The translations under genes and the position numbers were made by a program. This document shows positions 1 through 12,161 of a DNA stretch of 64,000 bases, in pieces. Source of the DNA: Trichoplax adhaerens (taxonomy: Eukaryota; Animalia; Placozoa). The notes below the pieces were generated by a model. That model was not told the DNA's origin and searched no databases. It worked only from the letters and a program-made list of their open reading frames with translations. The stretch spans positions 6,687,607 to 6,751,606 of the forward strand of contig NW_002060945.1 of the NCBI RefSeq assembly GCF_000150275.1. Direction: 5' to 3'. Numbering within the stretch: position 1 is the first letter of the stretch; every line of letters starts with the position of its first letter.

Positions 1-2394
1 GGACCGATTTGCCCAATTGTTCTCGGACTTTCTCAGGTAATCCCATCAACATTGGCGTAAGGAAAAGACCTGCAGAAGGATGCGATAGAAAGTTACCATT
101 TTATTGTACATTGGAACAAAGCAATAGAAGGATAATTTGTTACTGTCGACTTGATAGCATATGCAGTAAATTATAACACTTTTACTCATTTATTGAATAA
201 GTGTAGTTGTCGCTGAAAAGTCAGAATACTTCTGTCACTTAAATACCACCTACCGGGTGCAATAGTACAAATACGAATTCCGTTACGAGATAAATCCCTA
301 GCAATAGGCAGAGTCATCCCAACTATAGCTCCTTTTGAAGCCGAATATGCGGCTTGACCGATTTGTCCATCATAAGCAGCAACACTTGCAGTGTTGATAA
401 TAACTCCACGTTCGTCAGGATTGCTTGCACTAGCACCAGGTGAGACATCACCCTGAATCATTTCTTGGGCACATAGTCGGATAACATTAAAAGATCCGGC
501 AGTATTGACCTGCAAGCAAGCTCAATATTAGCTATAGTAACTCAACGCATAGCAATACCTTTTTATAAAGCTACAGTATATAGGTAAATAATTCTTGATA
601 TTTTAGTTACTGCTACAGTATATTACACAACTTGATTAACAGCAATGCATGATGTAGTATGTTTTGACTCTAGTTTTGACGTGTAAGCATACCGTACCAA
701 TAAGACTTTGGCAAAGTCATCATAAGGATGAGGGCCTCTCTTTGTAAGAGTCCTAGTAGCTATAGCAATACCAGCACAGTTAACAACAGCACGAACACGA
801 CCAAATTTTTCTTTAGCAAGTTCGATAGCATTGAGTACGTCTTGTTCCTTGGTCACCTAAATATATCCATAGCATGACATATTAATTTATATATTTCAAG
901 AATTTACAATTTTCTGTAATCACGGAGATAATAATACTAGGAGCACTAGAATCCTCGATTATTACATTTGATTTTCGTAATTGACATTGAAAGAGGATTA
1001 ATATGTTTATTGGAGTAGCCAAAGTAAGAAAAATACGGTGTGCGTTGGATTTACTACCGAGATTCTGACAATATTATTCGCATCTATCCCGTGTACTCCT
1101 AGTATGATTGAAACCAATTTCAATCTACAGAATTGGAGAGTGACATTAACCACGATGATAAGGCGAATAGAAATGGTAAAATTTTAAAAAGTTTTTAAAG
1201 TTCAGAATTAAGATTAAAGCTACAAATTATGTTAGTTATCAGAAGAAAAACTGCCAAGCAAAGGCCAGCATGTCCGCGTCAGTTGGTAAGGTAGAGATTG
1301 AAAAATAAGTTCTTTTCTGAGATACATAGACTGGCTGGTAGTTCGTTTACATGTATTTTATCTAATGGTTGTCTACGCATATAGTATTTACATGTTTATC
1401 ATCGAACATCTGAATAAAGTACATTCAGTATCACTGAACCTTGACTTCATGAAGGCTCAAATACAATAATATACGCGTAATACTTTGCTGTTGTTGACAT
1501 CATCACTAAAATCAATCAAGCGTAAACAAGAACATTCACACTACTGTTCTGAATACTCGTTCAGCGCATAATCATACTATTTCTTTGCTGTAAATTAGAA
1601 GTGTCATGAAGATTAAAAGTGCTTATTTGCCAGCTTGCATGCAGAATATCGATCATCTAGATGTAAGCTTTGCAACGATAGACGGACGATACATGCGTAC
1701 CTAATATTGATGTAGCTAAAAGTAAGGGGTTGTTCATCATTCTTCATTTGCGTCTAATTGATGATTACCGTTAGTATGTATAATGTATGTATAGACACGA
1801 TGATTTCATACTGATCCGTTACAACTACAGTAACGCCTAGTAACGCTTGCCCTAGCTGTTTACGTTGAACTCCGTTGCTTATTTTTAGTACCGTAAAAAT
1901 GGAGTAAAACTGCTGCACTCATGTTCATTTTATGGACGTAGTAACGCTGTAAAAAATACATGTAATCCATGCATTTAACAAAGGGAGGAGTGATTGCGTA
2001 CAAAATACTCGTCTCTATCTGTATTTTTAGGATCGAATTATGTAAGGCTTTGCAAAATAATTTCAATTTCAATTTATCCTTCCATTCAGCTGTTAATGCA
2101 AAGCCTGCTGCCTGGCCAGCTACCTCCTGTAGGCTAAAAATGAGTGTCCTCGAGTCCTGTCTGAAGGTGGGACATTGGACTTTTTCAAACTATTGCCATT
2201 GCATGCAAACTTACATCGGTTGGGGCAAAGGCACAGCGATCGCCAATTTCTTTCGCAGTAGCATCCCCTTTACTATTGGGTAAATCTGCAATGATTACTC
2301 GAGCACCATTTCTAACTAAGCGTTGAGCAGTAGCTCGACCTAATCCAGATGCACCGCCAGTAACGAGTGCAACCAATTCGCTAACAACAGACAT
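1..2394 (-). CDS. HSD17B10: 3-hydroxyacyl-CoA dehydrogenase type 2 / 17-beta-HSD10 (short-chain dehydrogenase), 3' end truncated by the window edge
   Basis: Exons 2394-2215, 856-698, 509-254 and 69-<1, all with GT/AG boundaries and matching phases. The spliced protein has VTGGASGLG (NAD binding), [33 protein letters not shown] (YxxxK), MTLPIARDL and IAPG|LFLTPML, all characteristic of HSD17B10. Confidence 0.96.
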
Positions 2395-2509
2395 ATTGAG
2401 TTGGAGTTGTCAAGTTTGTATCGTGCTGACTTCGATCGACCACTTTTGGCTTGATGTGTCACCAGATCGCTTCACTCGGTTCATTATGAAGTGGTAGCAC
2501 GGGTCACAC

Positions 2510-2915
2510 CGACTGTAGCAGTGTACAGTACACTGCTGCATTGATTCATTTTTGACCATGCAAATCGAGCAACCCATGGCAAAAGTTCATGAACTTTTCA
2601 GTGATTCATCAATCATTGTACTGTACACTGTAAACCCTTCCGATTTTGACTAAATGTTCAGATTCTACAGTACTGTACTGTACAGTGTACAGTACGGTAT
2701 GCTGAAACGTCTCCAATGATTTGTTACATTTCAGAATACTGTACAGTACAGTATTGTAGAATTGCGAACATTTGAGACGTTTCAGCATACTGTACTGTAC
2801 AGTACAGTACAATATTACCTATTGCTGTATTGTGCTTTACAGTGTACTGTACTGTACAGTGTACAGTGTACAGTACTGTACACGGCTTGAGTACCGTACA
2901 CCCTGCAGCACTGTA
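2510..2915. repeat. TACAGTA/TACTGTA (ACTGTACAGT) low-complexity palindromic motif cluster upstream of HSD17B10
   Basis: Dense runs such as ctacagtactgtactgtacagtgtacagtacgg and tactgtactgtacagtacagtac, about 120-520 bp upstream of the HSD17B10 ATG. Confidence 0.85.
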
Positions 2916-3579
2916 GGTAAAAAGCAATTTTATCCCCAAGAGATCGACAGCAATGACTGCCAATGAGGGATTAGTCGATATTGCCGATCGTCCATCATCA
3001 TGGACTTCTAAATGAGAAATACATCTTATTCTCTTAGGGCTTACAAAGCTTTTGAAAATATCGATAACCTACCTGTAATGGAATAGAGCATGATTACCGA
3101 TACACTAGTGTATCGATATTGAGTATCATACTACTGTATTTGAGGAAGACAGTAGAGTGCACTGTAGTAATGTCTTGAGTAATGGTCGCTCGTTAACAAG
3201 AACCATTGACACACTGGACTTTTCTATTTCAGCAACGTTTATATCAATTAGCCTTGTCGCTGAAATACAACATGTCGACCTTACAAAAAATCCCTGATTT
3301 TAACCCTGTGATGATACGATATTGTAGTAATAGTAGTGTGCATGGATTACTCAATGTATCAGTGATCACAGTGAAGTTGCTGTGCTCGTATAATTAATTT
3401 GTGTCAATCCATCAGTACTCAAGTGGAGAGCGATACGATTGTTTCAATTTCACGCCTGTTTTTTCTAGCAAATTATTTTGTATCCAATCCGGTAGATGCG
3501 TATCATTGCAGATTGCCATGATCATAGTGTGCGAAACCAATCTGCCAGCTAATTTGCAGCAAGGTCGTCCACTGTACGC

Positions 3580-3870
3580 GTATATAAAGTTGAAAAGTAA
3601 AGTGCAGTGCTTCTATCAACCAACGATAAGATATTATACTTTGTAGTTAGAATGGACTTCAATTTGTGCTTAGCCAATGACAAGTTGAAAAGTTTAGTCC
3701 ATAGTACAGTACACGTATATCTGTCAGTCAAGCAGTAGAATGGAATACTGAATAGTGATATTGGCTCAAGTTTCTGCCAGTCATTTTATATTATAGCTAC
3801 TTACCAAGTTGAAAAGTTCACTACAGCATTCCTGTCAGTAAAGCTATAGGGTATTGTACTTAGCAGTTAT
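3580..3870. repeat. Degenerate ~100-120 bp tandem repeat (2-3 copies)
   Basis: aagttgaaaagt recurs near 3587, 3682 and 3806; ctgtcagt(c/a)aagc recurs near 3721 and 3832. Confidence 0.45.
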
Positions 3871-5379
3871 GAAGGTAAGAAAAGCCGGGTGCAATCGCTA
3901 GCAGTTACCATTGAAGATGGAAAATTCGGCACAGTATTTCGGTCAGTGAAGAGATAAGATATCATGACAGTAATAATTTTTATACCTACCTGATGCATGC
4001 TTATGGCATGTTTGAATGGACTAGCTGTAAAATAATTTTGACCATTGACCCTAGCTAGCTGAGTGTTGCAAACGACGATATTGGCACTTGCGACCAGCAA
4101 TTCCTATCAGGTTCTGTTGCCTTCAACAAGACAGGAACTAGCAAGCAAAACAGATAGAGACGTATAAATAACGCTGTAAACTAGTACTTGTTATGTGACC
4201 TCACTAGTCACTTACTGTAAGCTGATTCAGCAAACCTGCAGTAGAATGTTATGAACTATTTTTACTTAATAGTACAACACTCATTCTTAAGATTAGATTA
4301 TGCATGAATAAAGTATGAATACACGTAACTGTAAGTAAACGTTATCTACCCTCAATTATCTTGTTTTCGTCTTCATCAAGAATATCTAACCCTAGAATAC
4401 TCATCTCTAAAAATACCACAAGCATCTAAATAGTTCTTACTATTAGAGTTATCTTATTTCAGAAACCTTGTCTACAACAATCCTATCATCGACTAACATA
4501 CCATTTTATAATGACAACCAATCAAGGTGTAAATCTTGTCAGGTGTATTGCTAGTGCTTAAATAGAATCTGAGAAATATACCAGATCTTATCACACAAAT
4601 ATCACCCATGTGGGCATGAATACCTCAAAATTAGTAGATTTTAATTTCATTTCCAAGCAGTCATGACGTGCATTTTAAATGCATCATCAATACAGTTTGA
4701 TAGCTATGATGTATTTAATATACTCCCATAGCATTACTTGATCATAATTCTACCATATTTGTTCCATGGTAAGGAAATTACAACATATGCCAACGATAAA
4801 TATTGTAATTGATTGATACTGTAATGCAGCTCCAGCAAATTAAAATTAATCAGTACTAGTAGCATTAAGCTTAATAAGCAGCTAGGAGAACTATACTATA
4901 CCGTTTAATCTAAATTCCGTAATAGAAATACTATTAAAACAGATAAAATACCGTCGTCTATCCTTCTATTCAATTCTCTAAAATCGCTAGGATAAATTAC
5001 CAACAATTACACTATTACTATTTAATTCTATACATAGTTCCAATTGTAGTAACTTATTCACTGTTGCTGGGTGCGCTCATGATACTAAAAAATTTCATCA
5101 CATGAATAGATACATCCATAAAAATATCATTCATAAATCAATCAACAACCATTTTTATAATACTTTATCTAGTATATACGTATGTATGAAAATCACTTAG
5201 CGAATAATCTTCAAGCTCTAATCCACTTGTAATATCCTGACGTTGATTAACTATCGCTATAATTGTTACGACGATTCAATTTCAATTTCAATTACTGCAG
5301 TGTAGTAACTTTATAGGATTCTTTTATCGTAACAATAATGCCATTCTAAAGGCAAAGCTTATTTACATTTCAATATTGT

Positions 5380-7828
5380 CTAATTTATTGGCAAGATCAG
5401 TTTCATTGCCATCCATAGTAATAATCCATATAGGCAGAAGCAATCGTGTCGTAAACAACTGGAACAATTAGTATACCCTAAGCCGTTGGATAAATTAACC
5501 GTTTTTGCGCTAGAGTCAGGAAAAATTTCGCAATCCAAGATTGATCCAATGATAACTTTAATTGCTTCTGGTAAGCTATATTAAAATCCACATTAGAAAA
5601 CTATCACTACATAATCCATATTTAAATGAAATCATTAACTTATAATCCACTAAATTGATAAATTATATAATCCTCTTTCCTGCATATTAGAGACAAAAAG
5701 GCTAATTATATATAACTATAAAAGACTAAAGTTAGCCGATTATAATTATCAGGGTGAAATTACCGATATTCAATCTACAGTATTTAGCTCCATTCACTTG
5801 CCTAAGACATTAATCGTTCTCTCATTATTACTTCTACAATAGAATCTGTTTAGTAGTCTATATTACTTGTACTTTCTAATTTTCATTAATCTCGAGTATA
5901 ACGAAGAGCTGATAACTTGAACATGTTACTAACCACTACTGTACTGGCTTACTTATTGTGGTACGTAAATAGAAAAAAATGGATCCAATTTACAGAATAA
6001 ACCTTCAATACTTATAATCTTTCTTGTGCTATGCAGCAATTAGACTCATGCTTTTATGCAGTAAATATATTCAACCACTGAAGGATAAACTTACCAAGCT
6101 TTAGCTTTCCGACACTCTTGTTTGGTAATTGCACTTAGTAACATGGTCGAATCCGCACTACAGAAAGGAATTTCATGACAAGCTAATGATAAGATTCCCG
6201 TTGAACAGTCCTTACTCACTCTAGCAGTATTTAGAATTGATTTTAGAGACGCAATACTCTTCGACTGACGAAGCAGATTCGGTATCATCCATTCAGGGAA
6301 AGTCATATTAGCCGGTAGATCAGAACATTCATCAATACCAAATGAATTAAATGGCGGTTTGACACATCTCGCCAAAGTATAATTGCTCACGCTAACATTA
6401 CAATAACGATTCAACTGTATACCGCTATTGCGGCATTGATGAGAAAATTGACGACATTGTTTTATATTACCAATCATTATACTCTGTCTATCGCTGGAAC
6501 ATTTCGGCAGATTCGATTGGCATAGAATCTCCTTAAAATATCGGCTGCAGATGGAGTTTGAACCCAGTTGCTTTTCAATAACTACGTAATTGTCAATAAA
6601 TTGATCTAATTTCCTAGCATTTTTACTTAATAGAAAAGCCGGAACTGATGAATTGTCACGGCAAAAGTTTTGAATCTTTAGCGGCGGTTGACGACATGAG
6701 CTTAATTGATCCAACGAGTAAGCAATAACATCTTCAGAAATTGATGCTACTCTTTGTCTGCGACTAATTTTATTGAATATCTACCAATAGAAAAAAAACA
6801 TTCGATTATTAGAATAAGAGCATATCATAGGGTTGATAGAGTTCAAGTTATCGATGATTTGTCATCAGGTGATATACAAATTCATAACTACAAAAAAATA
6901 TTTAGATCTACAGCATGGCTTGGCTATTTGTATTCCGATTATGCAGTAACTGCTATTTGATTCAAAATTATCATACTTTTAAATGATATAACAAAAATCT
7001 TCTTGTATATCTACACGTAGTCGTAAGTAAACATGACCAACAATGGATTACCATATGTAATCTTATAGAGTTAAAGTCAAACCTGACAGGAATGTCGTAA
7101 ATTTATTTTTCTATAACTGCAAGCGATTAACGTTAAAGAAATCCATTCTTTACAAATTAGAATTTAATAGAATTATTAGAAATAGCATAACAGAGAGGTC
7201 AAGCTAATTATTCACTGCTCATTGAGTGCAAGTTAAAATGATTTTAAATGGACCATATTAATGTCACAGTATAGAAAAAAAATCGATTGGATTGTTAATT
7301 TCGTAACTTGATCTGAGAGTTCAATTTTCATCTACCACCTTAACTTACAGATAGTGTATCACATTTTAACGAGTATTTAAGTGCATTATCAATCACTATG
7401 TTAATTATACCACGATACTGCGTGAAATTCGCAGGATAAGATTTTCATACTGTAAGCTTCTCAGATTACAACTAGTTTATCAACAATTTTCTGAATGAAT
7501 TTTGTCTTTTAAAATATCGTGGTTATAGTCAATAGCCTTAATAGCTAGTCAGTAACTAGATATCAATAGAACGCTATAGATCCAATTTCCTGCTGAAAGA
7601 TTATAATTTTCTTCAGTTATTAGGGATGGAATGGATAGGGTCCCGCTTCAAAAACTATCTTCTACTTACTTGCTTCTTTGAGCCATGATAAGATTCCTCG
7701 TCGCGAGATGGGTCTTTACTATCGTCAAAATGATTGAATGGATCACTTCTAATATTGTTTTGACCATAATGGATATTTTGACATACACCAAAGCTAAGAA
7801 AATAAAGTAAAACTAAATTTGTTACCAT
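5380..7828 (-). CDS. Family copy A: secreted, GPI-anchor-like protein with two Frizzled-CRD-like cysteine-rich domains (346 aa, intact, divergent copy)
   Basis: Exons 7828-7670 (MVTNLVLLYFLSFGVCQ...SKKQ|gtaagt), 6780-6095 (IFNKISRRQR...KAKA-tg|gtaa) and 5575-5380 (c-LPEAIKVIIGSILDCEIFPD...LYGLLLWMAMKLILPIN*). Total 1041 nt, in frame. Confidence 0.85.
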
Positions 7829-10807
7829 CTTTAGATCGATTGTTACTTTGGACATTATGTAACAATCGCAAAGAAATAACTTCTATCGATTAATTTTTTT
7901 CTTCTTATAAAAACGTTGTCTTCCAATTTATCGTCAATTTCTTTGATGTGAGCGAAGATCAGGGCAAACAATAAAGGGAAAATGAGTAAGAAATTATAAA
8001 TGCTAAGCAAATATATGCTAAAAAATAGTTAAGGATGACTAAAGCTTGAGGTTGACATAATAAAATGACTCAAAGTAAAGCATAACTGACGACAAAATGA
8101 TATCATGCAGTAATTTGTATGCTGAATTATTGATAAAGATCTATTTTTTTTAAATTACTATCAGCTAAAGCCCACCTAAACTAATATTTAAGTTATTCCG
8201 TGACCACGTGAATTTTCCCAACTAATATTAATGGAGGCTTTCTAGTTATCTTTAATGTCAATAAGATAACACTAAGTAAATATCGTCCATTCACGTCATA
8301 CATGATTGTAAATTAAATAACGGAGTTTTTTATTCATTAATGCCTTTTTTCTTTATTATTTTATTTCTTATACTTTGATCACTATGCTTAAAACATGACT
8401 TTAAAATCATCTACAATGGTAGTATGAAATATAGGCAGAAATGTGTTATTTCAACGGCAATGATTCATTTACTTTATACAATTTCAAGCATTGTATCTTT
8501 ATTGGTGAAAAGAAATGATTCCGATAAAACTAAGAAATAAAAAAATTTTAAGAATGCCTAGAGATCGCAGTATTTATGGATTTATGTCTTAAAATCAACT
8601 GAAAGTATGCATTATTTAACTACGTATTTTACTTTATGTGAATTTAATTTGGCCAACATATTGCGTGGATTCTTCTCCGCTAATAAAGAATGCCGTCGAC
8701 TTATCCATTTATCATCTAGATCATAAAATGATTTGAGCTCTGTGGAGATCGGTTTAATTATTAAAATTGATAAATTTTGCATGTACAAACCACTCATTAA
8801 ATTATACTGGTCTGAAGTAAAACATTCTCCAGTGCTATTAACTACGTAAAAAATGGATTAAAAATGAAGAAGGGATAATTCAACCTACACTGCATTAATT
8901 CTTAATCTGTTGACATAAAATATTTACACCATTTGTTAATCTAATCTTACACCTACTCTTGACATTACTATAAAGTTATTTTTTACATTATGCCTCATCC
9001 GCATTCAAGAACGCTAACATTTAAAAGATTTTAATGTGACTCTTTATTGCCTACTACCCCGAGGAAATGGTTGGTTCATCGTGAAACTACTATATTCATA
9101 TTGGAACAATAGAATGGAATGAGTTATAAACGTTAATATCGCAGCTAGTAATCAATAAATAATATCATAATGCCTAAAAAATAAGCGGAAATCTTATTAG
9201 CTTTCTTTCAAAAGTGACTGGATTGAGATGAATACGATTGAATATAGTTATTCAGTAACAGTAGCATACAAACGCACTGTTAAATTAAGAGTACAACTGA
9301 TCCCATATGTATTAGTAGCGAGCACTCTAAACACTAATGTACGAATATTATGTTAAGAAGATAAAAAATTGGTTAACTAAAATTTATTAAAAAAGGAGTC
9401 GAAACGCTCTAATATTCCCCCCCCCTTAACACTTAAATTATATATGATGAAAATTGATTAACTAGCTTATATTACAACTGTAGTCGACTACATCATCTTC
9501 ATGGCTAGTATCGTATCGAAGCAGAGGCTGGATATCATTACTTGGATAAAACCAACGCTTTACTACTTAGCCAGTAATATCTCTTTCATTCTTAAATTAC
9601 TTAAAATTGACTATATACTATTAATTAGTTTGTTATTGACTGTATCGATGTATAGGTCACGATGCCATCTACAATAGATGAAATCGATCCTTATATTGAT
9701 ACATCGTACTTAATTTATGCCTTCTATATTTTCTACATTGAACCACTTATTCAATAATATTATGCAATATAGTTATACTGTAGCCTACACCAGGTTAAAG
9801 CAAAGGCTAGTGATAGCTATCTGACGACTGATATCTTCTCTTTTATTTTAAATTACCTAAATATTATCAATTTTAATTTATTAGCTGTAGCTATGGTCAT
9901 GCTTATACCTTCCAAAACGGATGAAATCACTTTTACCTAACCAATGTAACGCGTACTGGCATAAGTTGAAAGAAGCAGTGATAATAACAGCTTACAATAT
10001 TTCATCTACTGTACATTAGCAGTTCCATATTGAATCAGAAGACGGTTTTTGTGATCAATTCTCCACGTAAAACCTTAGAGTCAAACTCCAACTTATGATC
10101 TTTGCATATGTCCATATAACAATCTGTTGTACCGATTTATATTACAAAGCGATTACCAAATAAGAATTAACCCTACTCTATTTATGTAATTATCACATTC
10201 TATCCTTGGGCTAATCTATTACACAGATATATTATAAAAAATAAGATTGCTAAACATCTCGGCGTAATTATTATCATGCATAGGAATCTCGAGATTGCAT
10301 CTAAAAAGCTAAGTTTAATCTATCAATATCAAACCGCGATATGAATAATTAAGTAATTAAAAAAATCTTTCTTGATATACAAAAGATCTATTGTGAAAGG
10401 AAGTAGGTATGATATCATCATAAGATAGTTATCAGCTTAATATTGTAGCTTATTGGAGATTAAATTAAATCTTAATACACAAAATTGCAAATTATTCTAG
10501 GTTTTTATTCAATTTTCGCTGTTTTTAAATTCTTTAAAAGATCTTAACTAATCATTCCTATAAGATTATTAAATCATTAAAGAGTAAATTCCTAATATCA
10601 TCGCTGCTATTGGCACTTTGAACTAGGCACTTGATAGAATCTTTACATCAATTCTTGTATGGTAACAATTACCAGTACCGCATGCTATAATATCCATGTG
10701 CTAATTAATAATTACAAAATTTTCATTACTTTTCGTAGCATGGTATTCTCTAGCTCTCTAGGTTAGGTTATCACAGGTATATTATCATAAGAAATTATAT
10801 ATCTTCT

Positions 10808-12161
10808 TTAATTGAATATCTTAATGTAGGTAGCTAGCAAAAAACATGCTAAGTATGATGCTAAGTATGATAGAGTAGAGTCCATGGGGATTCCAACTGC
10901 AGCTCCATGAGATGCCGTCGTAGTACCTGTTAGAAGTGTGCATGTAGGCACAGTTATTCCAGCCGACCTATAAGCCTCTCCGGAAGGCGTGCACACTGTT
11001 GTGCTATTTGAATCAGGATACGCCGAGCAATTATAAATTATTCTATAGCTATTTTGAAGGCTACTTGGTAAACTGTAAATGAAAGTGCAAAATAAGAGTT
11101 AAAATAGAATGCAATCAAAGGAATATAATCAAAATTAGATGCTTAACTAATGACCTAGTTTGCATATTAATACAAAAATTTGAGATCTGTGAATAATGGA
11201 TGTACTGAGGGCTTACCAATTGATAGCATCTTGACATTGCTGTTTAGTTACAGCTGAAAGTACTGTAGTCCTATCGCTACTACAGGATGGAATAAGAACG
11301 CAAGCTATATTGGTCCATTTAGTTCCACAAGTGCTGGTAACTGCCGCGTTAGAGAAAGCTGTTTGCAGTGCAGAAATTGCCACTGCACGAGCAGCTAAGT
11401 TTTCCACTGAATAATAATATGGAAAAGTAATGTTTGCCGGTAGTGCTTCGCAATATTGAGAACTGAATGTTCCTGCTTTAAATTTAGAACATGTTCTTAA
11501 ACTAAATGTTTTTCCTGATTCATTGCAGTATTGTAAAAATGATTGGGGACCAAGGTTAGGAAAGTTACTACCGCAAGAGTTTAGTGCCGAACAAGCGCTT
11601 TGAAAATTTCCATTAGTAGCTGTTGAAGAATCTGCGGAACACTTGGGAAAAGCTCCTCCACAGAGAATGGTCTTTAATGCATTAGTGTAATTGCTACTTA
11701 ATGTGTGTTGCAAAAGAGAGAAGCTCAACTGAACCGCAGAAAATGTAGCACCAACAGTGTCAACATAATATGTTGGCGAGTTATAATCCGTGCCACAAAA
11801 TGATCTGACGGAACTGGGCAATCTTTTACATTCACCCAAATTACCGTTTACCCGACGACAGGTCGACTACTTCGGATTTGTCTAATATGCTCAACTGCCT
11901 AAATAGAGCATAGTCGATAAATTATACGTGTATAGATATTGCATACAGAATATTACTTTAAAATCGACACTGTAATATCTCATTGATACAAAAATGAACA
12001 AACGCATATTAAATTCGATATAGAATACTACCTACTCGCGACTTGAAATATTTTAAATACTCTACCTCCATAGCTAACTGTTCTTTATCTTTTAATGCTT
12101 CCCCTATGTTTGCCTTTATAGCCAAAAGGATAGCAAGTGTAGTTAACAAGAATTTCAACAT
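10808..12161 (-). pseudogene. Family copy B, frameshifted (probable pseudogene or sequence error)
   Basis: Exons 12161-12036, 11898-11217 and 11072-10808. Relative to copy C there is a 4-nt deletion near 11852 (gtc gct tgg ata becomes gtc gg gta), giving TAA at 11850-11848. A conserved Cys is also replaced (LSSNYTNAL versus LGSTCTNAL in C). Confidence 0.75.

Noticed and set aside
1420-1508. Possible intronic C/D-box snoRNA in HSD17B10 intron 1 (GTGATGA...CTGA about 80 nt apart on the minus strand)
   Set aside because: No terminal stem and no recognisable rRNA-complementary guide; such boxes arise by chance in AT-rich DNA.
2609-2966. ORFs rich in YCTVQYS (2609-2812, 2724-2963, 2772-2966) and the similar ORFs at 35196-35889
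   Set aside because: They are translations of the TACAGTA motif clusters, open on both strands, with no splice structure or recognisable domain.
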